DNA from: the human T2T-CHM13v2.0 reference genome, Homo sapiens
Assembly (NCBI RefSeq): GCF_009914755.1
Contig: NC_060927.1
Reading direction: 5' to 3' (one strand)
DNA: 64,000 nt
Shown: positions 35,662 to 48,788 of the stretch, in pieces
How the letters are laid out: each line of letters opens with the position of its first letter
Position numbering within the stretch: position 1 is the stretch's first letter
Position numbers and translations under genes: made by a program
Notes under the pieces: model-generated
The model's database searches: none
What the model was told of the DNA's origin: nothing
What the model saw: only the letters and a program-made list of their open reading frames with translations

Positions 35662-36030
35662 TATGTTAGTCCATTCAAACACTAATATAAAGAACTACCT
35701 GAGACTGTGAAATTTATGAAGAAAAGAGGTTTAATTGACTCAGAGTTCCACAGGCTTAACAGGAAGCATGACTGGGAGGCCTCAGGAAACTTAAAATCAT
35801 GGTGGAAGGTGAAAGGGAAGCAAGGAGTTTCTTCACATGGTGGCAGGAGAAAGAGAGAAAGAAGGGATAAGTGCCACATTCTTTTAAACCATTGGCCCTT
35901 ATAAGAACTGGCTCACTATCATGAGAACAGTATGGGGGAAACCCTCCCCCATGATCCATTCACCTCCCACCAGGCCCCTCCTCCAATTCGACATGAGATT
36001 TGGGTTGGGACACAAATCCAAACCACATCA
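35662..36030 (-). mobile_element. ERVL-MaLR solo LTR (MSTA/MSTB-like)
   Basis: GTTAGTCCATT...GAAAAGAGGTTTAATTGACTCAGAGTTCCACAGGCT...ATGAGATTTGGGTTGGGACACAAATCCAAACCACATCA. Confidence 0.9.
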
Positions 36031-37001
36031 GTCCCGTACTTTTCTTGCCCAGTGACTCCAAACTAGACTTTTTAGTTAACATGTAGCCCTCCCCTTTTTG
36101 TCCTACTTCCTTCCCTATCTTCAATCACTGCCAGTCTTTTTCTACTTTTGATTATTCTAACCCCTTGTGATATATTTGTTAAGTTTTGGATTGAAGTGGT
36201 TGGATTGATTTTGTGATATTGGTCTATTCAAGTAACTAGCTAAACTTAGGTGTCAGAAAAGATCCAAATTTATCAGACGAGTAGCAGAATGCAAGTGTCA
36301 AAATCTAACTTCTAAAAAGAGAATATCGTATTTAAACAGTAGTCAGCTTTACTTGAGGTGAACATTATCAATTAAACTATTCAAATGCACCAACCTAGAT
36401 TGTGGCCTACTATTAGATTGCAAATTTAAAAGCAAGTCTGTAGAAAAGTCAGCCCACCTCTTCCCAAAATGGCAGAACAAATTTTGGATGATCATAATTA
36501 TTCTTCAACAACCCACCACTTTTTATCTGAAAGCAATTTAATTCAATTAGACTCATCAAACATTTACTGGTATTCTATTAGTGCTAGTCGTCTGTGCTAA
36601 ATATTGTGAGAGAGCAATAATTTCAATGTAAATGTTATTCTTCCCTGCACAAAAGGAGACAACCTGTGCAAGCCTGCAACTTGACCCTAGATACAAAGCA
36701 GTCTAGTGACTCTGCAAATGTAAATTACATGATTCTTTCATGAAGCAGCAGACACTAGATTTTAAATCTACATAATGAAAGGTTTTGTATAAATACATCC
36801 TGAAAGTTTCCTGAACTCCTTGGTGGTGAGAGATATGAGAAGCCCAACTTCAAAGCACTGTATAAAGGAGGAACCTAGTAGTCCTTGTATCTCACACACA
36901 TCATCTAAGAAAGAGGGTGTCTTTTGTAACACAAAGGCCATGAAACAAGTTAAAACTAAATTTAAAGTTTCCTCCTGAAATTCAGAGTTAAAGATGCACT
37001 G

Positions 37002-37326
<325 letters not shown>

Positions 37327-40300
37327 TCATCATCCAAATGCAACACTTCCGTATCATCAATAAGATTCTTTTTATTGTGTATACCTTACATATACATAAT
37401 TGTAAAAACGAAAAGGAAAAGCTTCTGTCTACCTGATAGTTTCATTTTCCTTGTATCATTAGGTTCTTAGACCCTTTTATGTAATAACACTGCTTTACAT
37501 AAAACTCTAGAGCTCTGCAGAAGTGCAATTTTTCAGCATTTTCTGCTGCAACTGCTATTAATCTAAGCAAAAGAATACATTTAGTTGATCCCTTTTGGGC
37601 TTGCATCTCATTAGAAAAATGTAAAATTTTTCTGTAAAATGTAAAAAAATAGCCTCTCTCAAAAAATAAACATTTTTATTTGAACCAAAATTACATTTCT
37701 TAAGCATGTTTCAAATAATTTTTTCAAAGCTCCTTCACAACTCAAAATGCCAAAATGAAATACTTTTTTGTTTGCTATAAGGGCCCCTATCTAAAAAAAC
37801 AAAGGGCTACCAACTCAGCAACATCTTATACCAACCTATTCTAAATAGTTTGAAAATACACTGGTACAATTTGAAGTGGAATGCATGACTCTTCTTAATA
37901 AATTAATGATTTTATCTACAGTACTGGCAAAAAAAAAGGGTATATATAAACCAGGATAATATTTCATTCACTGGAATAACTCATTAGAATAGAACTGAGA
38001 AAAAAAAAAGAACCAACACAGAAAAAAACAAAGGAAATATAACAATGAAATTTAAGATTTGTGAAAGAGTTTTATTTCCATTTAGAAGAAAAAAGTGAAT
38101 ACAGACTTCAGGGGTATAACCTCATGAAATAAATTAAATTTGACTAAAGCATGAAAAATGAAGTAATAAAACATGAAAGGAAGAGATAGTGGATGACAAA
38201 AATACTTTTGCCTAAAATTCTTATTTTCCCTTTGATACAAACCCCGTTCCTCCATTGTATCTCTGTTTAATTTTGTCATTCCTTTCTAGGAGTAAGAAGT
38301 CAAATGAACCAGGGAAAAAAAAACGTAACAAAAACTTTCTCCTTAGCCAAAATTTAAGGAGGAAATTTACAGAATCTGGGAATTGTGGGGAGGAATACAT
38401 GAACGGAATTGTAGCTGGATTCAGAGAGGCCCAGTTGGCCTTTTTGATCATCTCCAGTAATGATTAATACCAGTTACTGCTGGGCCTGCAAAGCTTCTAG
38501 ACCTGCTGGGTAGCCGTCTGAGTATTGAACGAAATGACCTTCCATGATTTTCAAATACCGTAGTAGATCAATTGTGTTTTAGCATTTTGCACAGCTGGTT
38601 ATTTGGTTAAATGTTGGCAATTCCCCAAAGCCCTCATTGCATTTTGGAATGTACCTATTCATTTAAAATACACTGCAATGTATTGCCTTGGATAGTGTGT
38701 TTGTACCAGGGGGATTAGTTCAGCAATGCTGTGCTCCCACAAACAAAATATCCCTCCTGGAGAGATGGTTTCATTGGTCAAGCTGTAAGTGCATACTATC
38801 TGATAACAGTTATTTTTAAACTGAGAAGCTATTAAGATTAGTCAGAGAATAAAAAGCTTTTGAAAAAGTTAAAAGAAAAAAAAGACCAGATGGCAAAATT
38901 AACCGCAAAATAATGTATGATCCAAAATAAAATCAGTCAATGCTGCCTGAGTTTTAATGCAATTTAAAAACAACAGACTCACAAAATGCCAGAAAAATTG
39001 TCCACACATTCTAAAATAATTCAGCAGGTCAGATTATAAGACTTGTTACCAATAAGTGTTCATTTTTGGCATTTCAAGTTTATCAGAGAGCTTTCACGGT
39101 TTTTTTTAGGTTAAAAAATGTATATTCTTTGTTCTTATTATGTGGGAATTTCTTCCCACCATTCAGAGAAAACAGAAACCAATCTGTTCTTCCTCCCTTA
39201 GAAAGGAAAAGCAATGAGATTAAATCTTTTTAATCCAATGAGCCCTCCATTGCTGCTCCTAACAATAGGCCTCAGGACTTTTCTGTTGCTATTATTTAAG
39301 AGCTTGCTCCCTGGTCCCAGTTTATAATTTTTCCCCCAAGGTAATGGTTGTAAAGTCTTCTTCCTCTCTTGCTTTAGTTTTGGAACTTTTGTTTAGAGAT
39401 AAATGACTGAATAGTGCATTTGTTTAGTTATTCTCAAAGATACACTAGATGATGTTCATACCCAATCTGTCAGTGTCTCCCTCTGTGAATGGGAGTAATT
39501 TAAGTATCTATTTTTTTAAGAAATAAGAGCTAATGCAGGTAATGTACATGACACAGCACTTGACAGTTAGAACATGTTCCATGGCTGTTAGCTTATTATC
39601 AAATGGCCTCCTAAAATACAAAGAGGCATTTGAAACATCTTCAAAGAAATGTGTAGCTTGATATCTAAAGTCAAGAAGAGAAAAAAGAAAAGAGAAGATA
39701 GAAAAACACCAAAGGTAAAAGACACTTTAATTCACTTTACTCTGCTTTAATTCATGGCACCATATCTGCTTCATGTTCTACCCAGGTGTTAAAAGAATGA
39801 AATTGAGTTGCTTCTTCATTCCATCTTTTTTTTTCCTTTGCAGAACATTCCATCTATTTCAAATACAGATTACAAAAATATTCCATTTCTGAACATAATG
39901 GTTAATACTATGATATTTTTATTAGTTTGTGTTTTGAAAACCTAACATAAATAGCAAGTACAAAGAAGGATTGGGAGGTGGTAGTCAAGAGTAGGCTTAA
40001 AGTAATAAAAATCCTTACATAATTGACAAAACTGTCCCTAAAATAACTCCAAAAGGCAATCTAAAATGGATAAAAATATGTGCATACATGAGTCTTTTAT
40101 ATTTTAGGTGCTTCTGAATTAATTTATTCTTTAAAAAGTGATTTAAAATGAAGATGTATATGGTTGCATGAGTATGAAGTTAAGAAAAACACAAGTCAAA
40201 GAAGTTCTCCCCAGAATCATCTCATTATTATTGTTCTTCCAGTTTCCTAGGAAGGTCTCATACTTAAAGTTTTGTTTCCTTTGCAAAGAAGCAAGGAAGA

Positions 40301-40529
40301 AATAGACAGCAGAGAAGCTGGAACCAATCCCAAGGGGTTAATGAGGGTGTAAGAGACAGAAGGTAGACAGGGCTAGGTAGTCACTACAGCTGGGGATCAT
40401 TAATAGCAATCAAGGGCCACTATAAACAAATCATCAGGAAGTATGGAGGATCTGCATTTTCCTGGCTTAGTAGCAGGAGCCATCTGGACAGAGGGAATTT
40501 GGCTTAATATCCTCATCAGGGAACTTGGG

Positions 40530-40562
40530 TTTTTTTGTTTGTTTGTTTGTTTGTTTGTTTTT
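40530..40562. repeat. (TTTG)n microsatellite
   Basis: TTTTTTTGTTTGTTTGTTTGTTTGTTTGTTTTT. Confidence 0.9.
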
Positions 40563-41599
40563 AACCACTCCAGTATAGTAGGTCACTGAAGTAAACAAAT
40601 TGAGCATGGTTATGCTATAACAGATTAAATTACTATGACAAATATAAAATCCACAATGGATTATGACTAACTTAACAATATAGGAAGAATTTTACCTATA
40701 TTGGTAAACATAGTTTTAAGAGCAACCAGGGAAAATTAAACAAAGGAGAGAAAAGAGGGAAAAAGTTATTGGTTTACTATATATATATATTATATTCTCC
40801 AGAGTTTAAAAAAAAAAGAAATCATTGCTTGTTTAATAGCATTTGAGTCAGCAGAACTGGCGACTGTGACCAAATCTGTTTGAAAAGACCATGTAGGCAG
40901 TCCTGCGTGGGGGATTGGCTAACAAACATGAAAGGCAAGGATAATCTAGGGAAGCAGAGGCTGAAAGGCCAAATGGTGGGTTTTTGCAAGACCCTTTCTT
41001 CTGACTCTACACTTACAGCTCTCTATCATTTCTACCCTACTTCCAAACGTTTACTGCACTCACACCAGACACTAAACCTTTTAGTATTTTTTTTTCCAGC
41101 TTGGCATTTGCTTTACTGCTATGTGGCTCCCTCTCTTCCTATGTATAGCTGGTAACATCTCGCTGTCAAGGGGACAGATAGGCTGATCTCCAGGATCCAA
41201 GGAAATTCTCCATCTATGAATCTGCAGTCTCCCTTAACTTCTTTTCTCTCTTTTCGTATTGTCAGTTCTTTAGAAGGGTGACTCTTTCAAACATTGAATC
41301 TACTTAAAACGTTGGCTTCAGAATTTGGATAAATTAATTCAAGAACTAATGCAAATTCAAGACCCTAACGTTACTATGACTTGAAGTTATCTACTTCTGA
41401 TGACTATGAAAGACTAGATGTTAAAAAGTTGCTATGAGATACATTCACTATCAGTATCAGTTGGCTAATTTGATCCTAAGGGACATTCCAAAGATGTTGG
41501 AATACCTCATGGAGTTGAGTTCAAATCGCCAAAAATGGCTATTAGGTCTAGCATTCAAGTTAAGGCCTCAATGCACAGTAATATGTTGAGTACTTAAGA

Positions 41600-41790
41600 G
41601 TTAGGTTTAGGTGGAAGAGAATGTCTGTCCAACCATTTAGCAGCTGAGCTGCCTAACTAGGAAGGTGCATAACCTCCCTGAGATTCAATTTTCTCACTTG
41701 CAAAATAGAAAAAATAGTACCTACCTCACAGTGTGGAGGATTTAGTGTGTTAACGTGTGCAAAGTCCTTAACGTGGTGCACAGTTTAAGG
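41600..41790 (+). mobile_element. MIR fragment
   Basis: Core-like TAACCTCCCTGAGATTCAATTTTCTCACTTGCAAAATAGAAAAAATAGTACCTACCTCACAG; ends approximate. Confidence 0.7.
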
Positions 41791-41817
41791 AACAAGCTCA
41801 AAACGAAAGTCAGTTTG

Positions 41818-42140
41818 GGCCGGGTGCAGTGGCACACACCTGTAATCCCAGCACTTTGGGAGGCCAGGGCAGGTGGATCACCTGAGGTCGGGAGTTTGAG
41901 ACCAACCTGGCTAACATGGTGAAACCTCGTCTATACGAAAAATACAAAAAAATTAGTCAGGCATGGTGACAGGCGCCTGTAATCCCAGCTACTCAGGAGG
42001 CTGAGGCAGGAGAATCACTTGAATCCAGGAGGCAGAGGTAACGGTGAGCCGGGACCATGCCACTGTACCCCAGCCTGGGTGACAGAGTGAGACTCCATCT
42101 CAAAAAAAAAAAAAAAAGAAAGAAAGAAAAAAAGAAAAAG
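41818..42140 (+). mobile_element. Alu, AluS-type
   Basis: Full dimer GGCCGGGTGCAGTGG...GAGACTCCATCTC with an A/GAAA tail. Confidence 0.95.
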
Positions 42141-42754
42141 ACAATTTCTATTATTTCTAGTAATTGCTTTTGAAAAATGTTGTGACTTCCCTCCATTTTA
42201 GGCAGACTCACATTTGACTTGTACCCAATTGTGAAATTATAAATATTTTGCAGTGAATCATTCTACCTCTACTTTGTGATTATTTTTTGTCAAGTGCATT
42301 GTGTGCACACAATTCCCATCAAATAAAGGTGAAACTAATTTCTGGGTTTTTTCTGTCCTGGGCAGCAATTATAATTTACTTGGAATATGGTTTATTATAA
42401 GTCATCAAATACATTTCCCAATAGTGCCATTGCATTCTACCTATCTAAATATTTTTCTGCTGATTTATTTATCTATTCCTCAGAACAAAAATAAAGAAAC
42501 CCAAGAAAAAGAAAGCCATATGACAAAGAATATAATTTCCTTATCCAAGGTTCTTACAAGCTAATACATGTACATTTTTAATACATTGACCCTTAATTTA
42601 CAGTGATGATTTCAAATACCATAGAGGTTCTAACTAATTCTATGTCTTCCAAAAATTCTTAGTTTAGCCTTACAAAGGAGAAATTTACATTCAGCATAGA
42701 CTACACTCAAAGAAGGAAAAATTTAGCCATTTGTTCAGACATGACAATCATTCT

Positions 42755-43075
42755 TTTTTCAGTCATTAAATTAGCCAACATTTACAGAATACTTAGATGT
42801 GCCAACACATTGCTAGGCAGTATGAATATGATAGCGCACAATACCTTGCTCTCACGGAGCTTAAATTATGGTGTGGAAGATAGAAAACTAATTACTCAAT
42901 CATATATGTGATGTGTTAGATTGTAAACAGCTCTAAGGAGAAAAAGATAAAGTAAGGAGGGAGGACATGAAGTGTGGAGATGGAAGATTGAGATGTTAAT
43001 GTTGACTGGGGTGGCTCAATGTGAAGGTGAGTTTTGGTGAAAAACCTGAAAGCACAAAGGAGCTTACTCTACTGA
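42755..43075 (-). mobile_element. Probable L2 3'-end fragment
   Basis: CAACATTTACAGAATACTTAGATGTGCCAACACATTGCTAGGCAG...CTTGCTCTCACGGAGCTTA resembles the reverse complement of an L2 3' end; highly diverged. Confidence 0.6.
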
Positions 43076-45034
43076 GAGCCAAGGGAGAGGATGAAGAGAA
43101 GTACAAGAGATGAGAGAAAAGTACCAGGAGACAGAGCATTTACAGCCTTTTCTTTGTATCTCCTTTGAATCAGAAATAAATATTGTCTAGAAAATAATGC
43201 ATAGTTTAATTGTCCTACAAAATATGGACTCCAGATTAAGATACCCTAAATAGGATGTTTCAAAGAAACAAATAGTCTTTCGGCTAGTCATACCAAAACT
43301 CTGTATTTGCATGTACATTATCTATAGCGGGTCTTTTCTAAACATCATCTTTGATTTAATTTAAGGCTGAAGAAACATGTTGAAGAAAATACGATCATTG
43401 AATCTTCTTTCCTTATCTCCTAAGACAAATCACAGTGTTAATCATTTGGTAATTCACCTTTAGTTTAAAATTATGGTAGAGGTCAAGAGGATTCATAACA
43501 AAGGACTGGCCTCAAGCGCTGCCAAGGTAAAAGAACAGTTTACACCCCAAGGTTAAAGAGTCTAAATCTGTAATGCTCAGTGAAGATTCCTTCAGAAACT
43601 CCCTGACTTCACTGCAGGTAAAAATCATTAAAAGCAGGGCATAGACAGGTCTATAAAAGCATCTAATACCAAAAAAAAGAAAACTGTTCAACTGAGACAT
43701 GAGAACTTTTAATGAAGAAAAGGTTTTAGTACTGAACCACCATTTAAAAAGTAGAGAACTAAGAAGATTCTCATTCAACTGACATCAATTAAGCAAAGTG
43801 AAGAGACCTATTCTAGACACATAGAAAGGAAGTGATGTTACCATCTAACTGGGAAGACAGGTGTTCTTAATAACAACAATGAAACGCTAAATTTGATAAC
43901 CAAAATAAAACCAAAAGTTTCAGGACCATTTTTACGACTTCAAGTATAAATCTACTAGAAAAAATAGAAATCTTCAACTAGCGTATGTGAAACATTTACA
44001 ACTTCTTCATGTAAGCAATATTTTTTTTACCATGAAAAAGAAAGCTATTGTTTAGCTATTTCTCTATTTTGTAGCTATTTTGAGATACACTCTTCCCATA
44101 TCTGATTGCTTTGCACCTCAAAGAAAACTCTACCAGTAAAAATATGGTTATTTTGACTTGAGAATAATTATACTGACCTCTGAAGAGGAAAAAATATATA
44201 AGAATAGATTGGAAAATTTGTCTTCTTCTGACTAAGAAGACAAATCTTTTAAAGATGGAAGTGGAACACAGTGTGGTTTCTATTATGCTGATCCTTCCAT
44301 TTTTTGTGGATGGTAGGGCCACTTGATACACAAAAAATATCTTGACAACACCCATCACCTCTAATCCTACTCCCTTTTTCCTGATTGACTCCTATCAGGA
44401 TTAATATCTACCTGAGCTAATCAACCCAGATCAGCTGACAGTTTACTGCAAGCCAAACCGAACAGAAATGTGTCAGTCCGGTCAATGGTGGCAAACAAAA
44501 TCTAGAAATGTTAGTCTCTTCTGGCAGTTCCTGCCTGTGCTTTAAGTTAGACAGCCCTACTACTACACCTGCTACCACCATCACACCAGAGCCTTCTCTC
44601 CTATCTCCCATCACTACCAGCAACGTGTTGCCAATATTTCATCCAGATCTCAAGGTCCCTGAGGTTCTTACCATAATTTAAGGTTAGATGGGAAAAAGAG
44701 AGAAAAGCAATGAGCAAAATAGCATCATTAGTCCCAGCAGAACCTTAGCTGGGGTCTCTGATTGCTGCCAGTCATCTTCACCTGGTGAGTGAATCATCCT
44801 TCAACCTTTAACAAGACTCACCTTGAGTAGTTATGCTTGTCAAAACAGGTATAATTTGGCCACATTTCTATTTGGACATCACTTTTTACTGCCAGCCCTT
44901 CCCCTATTAGCTAAAGTTCTCTAGGTTTTGTGTAACTCACATGTCTTTCCCTTTTGCTCATTTCTTCTCCACTCCACCACACACAGTGCAGAAGCAGTTC
45001 TCAATATGTTTCTGCAACTAGGTGCCAAGGTATA

Positions 45035-45113
45035 ATATGTTGGTGCAAAAGCGATTGTGGTTTTTGCCATTACGTTTAATGGCAAAAAACGCAATCGCTT
45101 TTACACCAACTAA
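45035..45113. mobile_element. MADE1 (Hsmar1-derived ~80-bp palindromic MITE)
   Basis: GTTGGTGCAAAAGCGATTGTGGTTTTTGCCATTA-CGTT-TAATGGCAAAAAACGCAATCGCTTTTACACCAAC: two ~37-bp TIRs with a short spacer, in a TA context. Confidence 0.95.
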
Positions 45114-45812
45114 TATATGGAGGTTATGAAGTAATCCTTTGCTAAAGTGGCAACTTCTCCCTTCACAATGAAATACTGTTGTTTCCCACTATTAAAGTTG
45201 TTTGTCCAACTTGATAAGGCTCATCTTAAGCAATTTAGAAAAATGGAAATAAAGTTATATTCACTTGCACTTGCCTCTAAACTTCTGAAACTGGCATACA
45301 GTATCAATCAAATGGGGAATCCAGAAGTACAATAGAATCTATGTCTAAAAAAGTAGCCTTAAATTTATGACATTGTTAATTTTTGACAGATGGACTTGCT
45401 ATGCTAAAGTCAATGGGTATTTTATACAAAATAAATTATGATTCAATTATTGAAATATGTTTCCCCAGAAAAAACAGATGTTTTTATAATTTATCAAATC
45501 ATGCCACACTTATTAGGAGATTATAACTTGTCTTCAAGTATTCACTCAACAAAACAACAAAAATGTGGACAGAGGCCACAAAAATGTTTAGGCCTCACAC
45601 TATGGAGTATGAGTTTCCTATAGTTAATTTATGTCTAAACTTAATCCAGTTGTGTTTTTTCTCTTTGGCCAAGTATAAGAAATGAGAGTTACCAAAAAGC
45701 CACTTCCAAATAAATTGAACTTAAAGTTTGATGAATAATTGTCCTTATCTATCATATGTGTATCATATAATATGCATATGTGTATACATAATATATATGC
45801 CTATACACACAT

Positions 45813-45951
45813 AGGTGCTTCCGCCGTCACTCAGCACTCATTCTCTCTCCTGCCACCTTGTGAAGAGGTGACTTCCACCATGATTGTAAGTTTCCTGAGG
45901 CCTCCCCAGCCATGTAGAACTGTGAATCAATTAAACTTATTTTCTTTATAA
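45813..45951 (+). mobile_element. Internal fragment of a THE1/MST-type MaLR LTR flanked by 41-bp direct repeats
   Basis: CACTCATTCTCTCTCCTGCCACC...CCATGATTGTAAGTTTCCTGAGGCCTCCCCAGCCATG...ATTAAAC. Flanks 45772-45812 and 45952-45992 match at 38/41. Confidence 0.9.
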
Positions 45952-46534
45952 ATGTATATGTGTATATATAATATATATGCCTATACATACATGATATATT
46001 CATATCTATACATTACGTATATATTCTATTGACAAAATCTATTGTTTCTACATACATATTCTACCTCAGTAACTGCTTTGTACAAAACTTCCTCTCACTA
46101 CCAAAGCCACAGTTAATCCTTTCTCTTCTTTATCCCGTAACTCACTTGACTTTAACTCTCTAAGTCTTAAAATAGCTTTCCATAACATTTCTGATTAAGT
46201 CTAAAACCTATCTTGTGTATGCCCCATTCGAGTTTACAATGATCTCTCCCTAGGTTTCAATGCCTGTTCCACTTTTTTCTCTCTCTTTTCCAAAAGTTCT
46301 CCTTAACAGCCTACAATATCAACCTCTCCAGTCTTCCTCCTTCCTCCTTGAAGCTTTCCATCATTGATAGAAAGAATTATTTTCCTCTCTCTACCCCTCC
46401 CTCCCAATCACAGCATGAAATCCCTTTGTTTCTCTTCTATCCTGTTCTCAAGGTTATGAACTAAATCCAGCCTTTCACACATGTCATCAATTTTAAGTGC
46501 TTTTCTAATTTATTATTTTTAAATAGAGTTAAAC

Positions 46535-46740
46535 CTTGCACATTTTACACGTGTCAACTTATTTAATCTTCGCAAACACTCTATAAGGTAAGTGCATTGT
46601 GAGTCCCATTTCTCAGGGAAAGAAACTGAGGTGCACATTGATTAATTGCTAAAGGTCACACATTAGTGACTGGAAGAACTAGAATTTGAATAGAGACACT
46701 ATGACTCCAGAGTCCATGCTCTTAGCCAGTACATTAAACT
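46535..46740 (-). mobile_element. MIR
   Basis: TTATTTAATCTTCGCAAACACTCTATAAGGTA...CCCATTT...GAAACTGAGG...AAGGTCACAC...TGACTCCAGAGTCCATGCTCTTA. Confidence 0.85.
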
Positions 46741-47526
46741 GCTCCTTTATACTCAATATTTGTCCTTTTATTTACATTTTTAAGGCCCTCACATCTGTGT
46801 TGTCTGCTCTAGTATACTAAAAATTCTATTGTTACAAAGACAATGCCAGGTTAATTCAAACTATATTTGAATTTTTTAGCTTTTATTAATCATTAGAAGT
46901 TGATACATTCAGGGACTAACTAAACTGGACAGTGTCATACAAACTGCTAATACATCAGGGAAAAAAGACAAGGAAGAGAAGAGAGAAATATAATGAAGCC
47001 ATATAAATAATATATTTGCTGAGATTTTTCTTCAAGAAATTAATCATCTCCTTTCAAATTTGCCTACTGCCTCATACCATTGCTGAAAGACTAATATTCT
47101 AGTACCTTCAAATGGGTCACTTGCTTTGTCAGAGGTATTTGTGGGTTTTGGGTGTTTTTAAAAAATCAAAATAGCGCCCCAAATTTAAAAAGTGTGTTGC
47201 TGTTTACAGTATGCTTATACAGATATTATTGCACTAAACTATATCAGCAATGACTTCTTCCTTCTTCCTGACATAGAGTAAGTAAAAGTGACATAAATAT
47301 GAGATGGAATTTCTTAGCAAAACTTTTATTTTTAGAAAACAAAAGCAATTCCTCATGATATATATGCATCTCCTTTTAATAAGAACTAGAATTCTATCTT
47401 AACCAGTAAAATTAATGTTACCATTACAGGAGCATTAATTTTGTGTCAGTTTCTACTAAATAGTAATCAAGATAAAGAAATGAAAAGGTTCCAAAGCCAA
47501 CATCCATCCCCACACAGAATGGTAAG

Positions 47527-47877
47527 TGATATGGTTTGGCTGGGTCTCCAATCAAATCTCACCTTGAATTGTAATAATCCCCAAGTGTCAAGGGTGGGAG
47601 CAGATGGAGTTAATGGAATCATGGGGGTGTTTTCCCACATGCTGTTCTAGTGAGAGTGAGTTCTCACAAGATCTGATAGGTTTAAAAAGGACTTCCCCCC
47701 TCTTTTGGCACTCATTCTCCCTTCTGCCACCCTGTAAAGAGGTGCCTTCCACCATGATTGTAAGTTTCCTGATGCCTCCCCAGGCATGTGGAACTGAGAG
47801 TCAATTAAACCTCTTTTGTTTATAAATTATGCAGTCTTGGGTATTTCTTCATAGCAGTGTGAGAATGGACTAATATA
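47527..47877 (+). mobile_element. ERVL-MaLR solo LTR (THE1D/MSTA-like)
   Basis: TGATATGGTTTGGCTG...GAATGGACTAATATA, 351 bp; perfect 5-bp TSD GTAAG at 47522-47526 and 47878-47882. Confidence 0.95.
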
Positions 47878-48027
47878 GTAAGTCATGTGCTATTCTATTT
47901 TAACAATTATCTGTCTTATGAAAAGATATGTGTGTCTAAATTACTCCAAATTAAGAACTAAAACTATCTCTCTCCTTCAATGTCTCTTTCTTTCTGCAAC
48001 ATGCACACAAAGAGAACGACAAACACA

Positions 48028-48788
48028 AAAGTGAAATAAGCCAGGAACAAAAAGTTAAACATTGCATGTTCTCACTAATATGTGGAAGCTGAAAAAAAAA
48101 AGTTGATTTTGTAGAAGTGAAAACTAGAACAGAAGATACTACAGGCTGGGAAGGGTAGAGGAAGGAAAGGATAGGGAGAGATTTGTTAAAGGATACAAAA
48201 TTACAGCTAGATAGGAGGAATAAGTTCCAATGCTCTATGCCAGCAGTCCCCAAACTTTTGGGCACCAGGGACAGGACAATTTTTCCACAGATTGCTGGGG
48301 GAGATGGTTTCAGGATGAAACTGGCCCACCTCAGATCATCAGGCATTAGAGTCTCATAAGGAGCATGCAACCTAGATCCCTTGCATGCGTGGTTCACAAT
48401 AGGGTTCTCTCTCCTATGAGAATCTAATGCCACCACTAATCTGACAGGAGGTAGAGCTCAAGTGATAATGCTCACTCAACTGCCACTCACCTCCTGCTGT
48501 GCAGCCCAGTTCCTAACAGGACATGGACCACTACCTGTCTGTGGCCTGGGGGTTGGGGACGCCTGCTCTATGCCATTGTCAGATGACTGTAGTTAACAAT
48601 AATACATAATTTCACATAGCTGGAAAGAGGATATTGAACATTCTCAACACAAACAAATAACTGTTTTACATGGGTATGTTAATTACCCTGATCTGAATAC
48701 TATACATTATATGCATTGAAACATCACTAGGTACCACATGAGTATGTACAATTATTATTTGTCAATTTTAAAAGTTAAATTTAAAAAG
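48028..48788 (+). mobile_element. L1MA-class 3' end, interrupted by MER1B
   Basis: AAGTGAAATAAGCCAGG...ATGTTCTCACT...AAAGGATACAAAATTACAGCTAGATAGGAGGAATAAGTTC...AATTACCCTGATCTGA...TACAATTATTATTTGTCAATT. Confidence 0.85.
48241..48565 (+). mobile_element. MER1B (hAT-Charlie non-autonomous DNA transposon)
   Basis: TIRs CAGCAGTCCCCAA...TTGGGGACGCCTG; perfect 8-bp TSD CTCTATGC at 48233-48240 and 48566-48573. Confidence 0.93.

Noticed and set aside
40843-40853. TGAGTCAGCA AP-1/ARE-like motif
   Set aside because: A single short motif is expected by chance in tens of kb, and there is no supporting context.
38082-44623. Short ORFs in unique DNA (38255, 40880, 42301, 43512, 44056, 44417) as exons or microproteins
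   Set aside because: No recognisable domain, low-complexity composition, no CpG island or convincing splice chain. Small exons or lncRNA cannot be excluded without alignment data.
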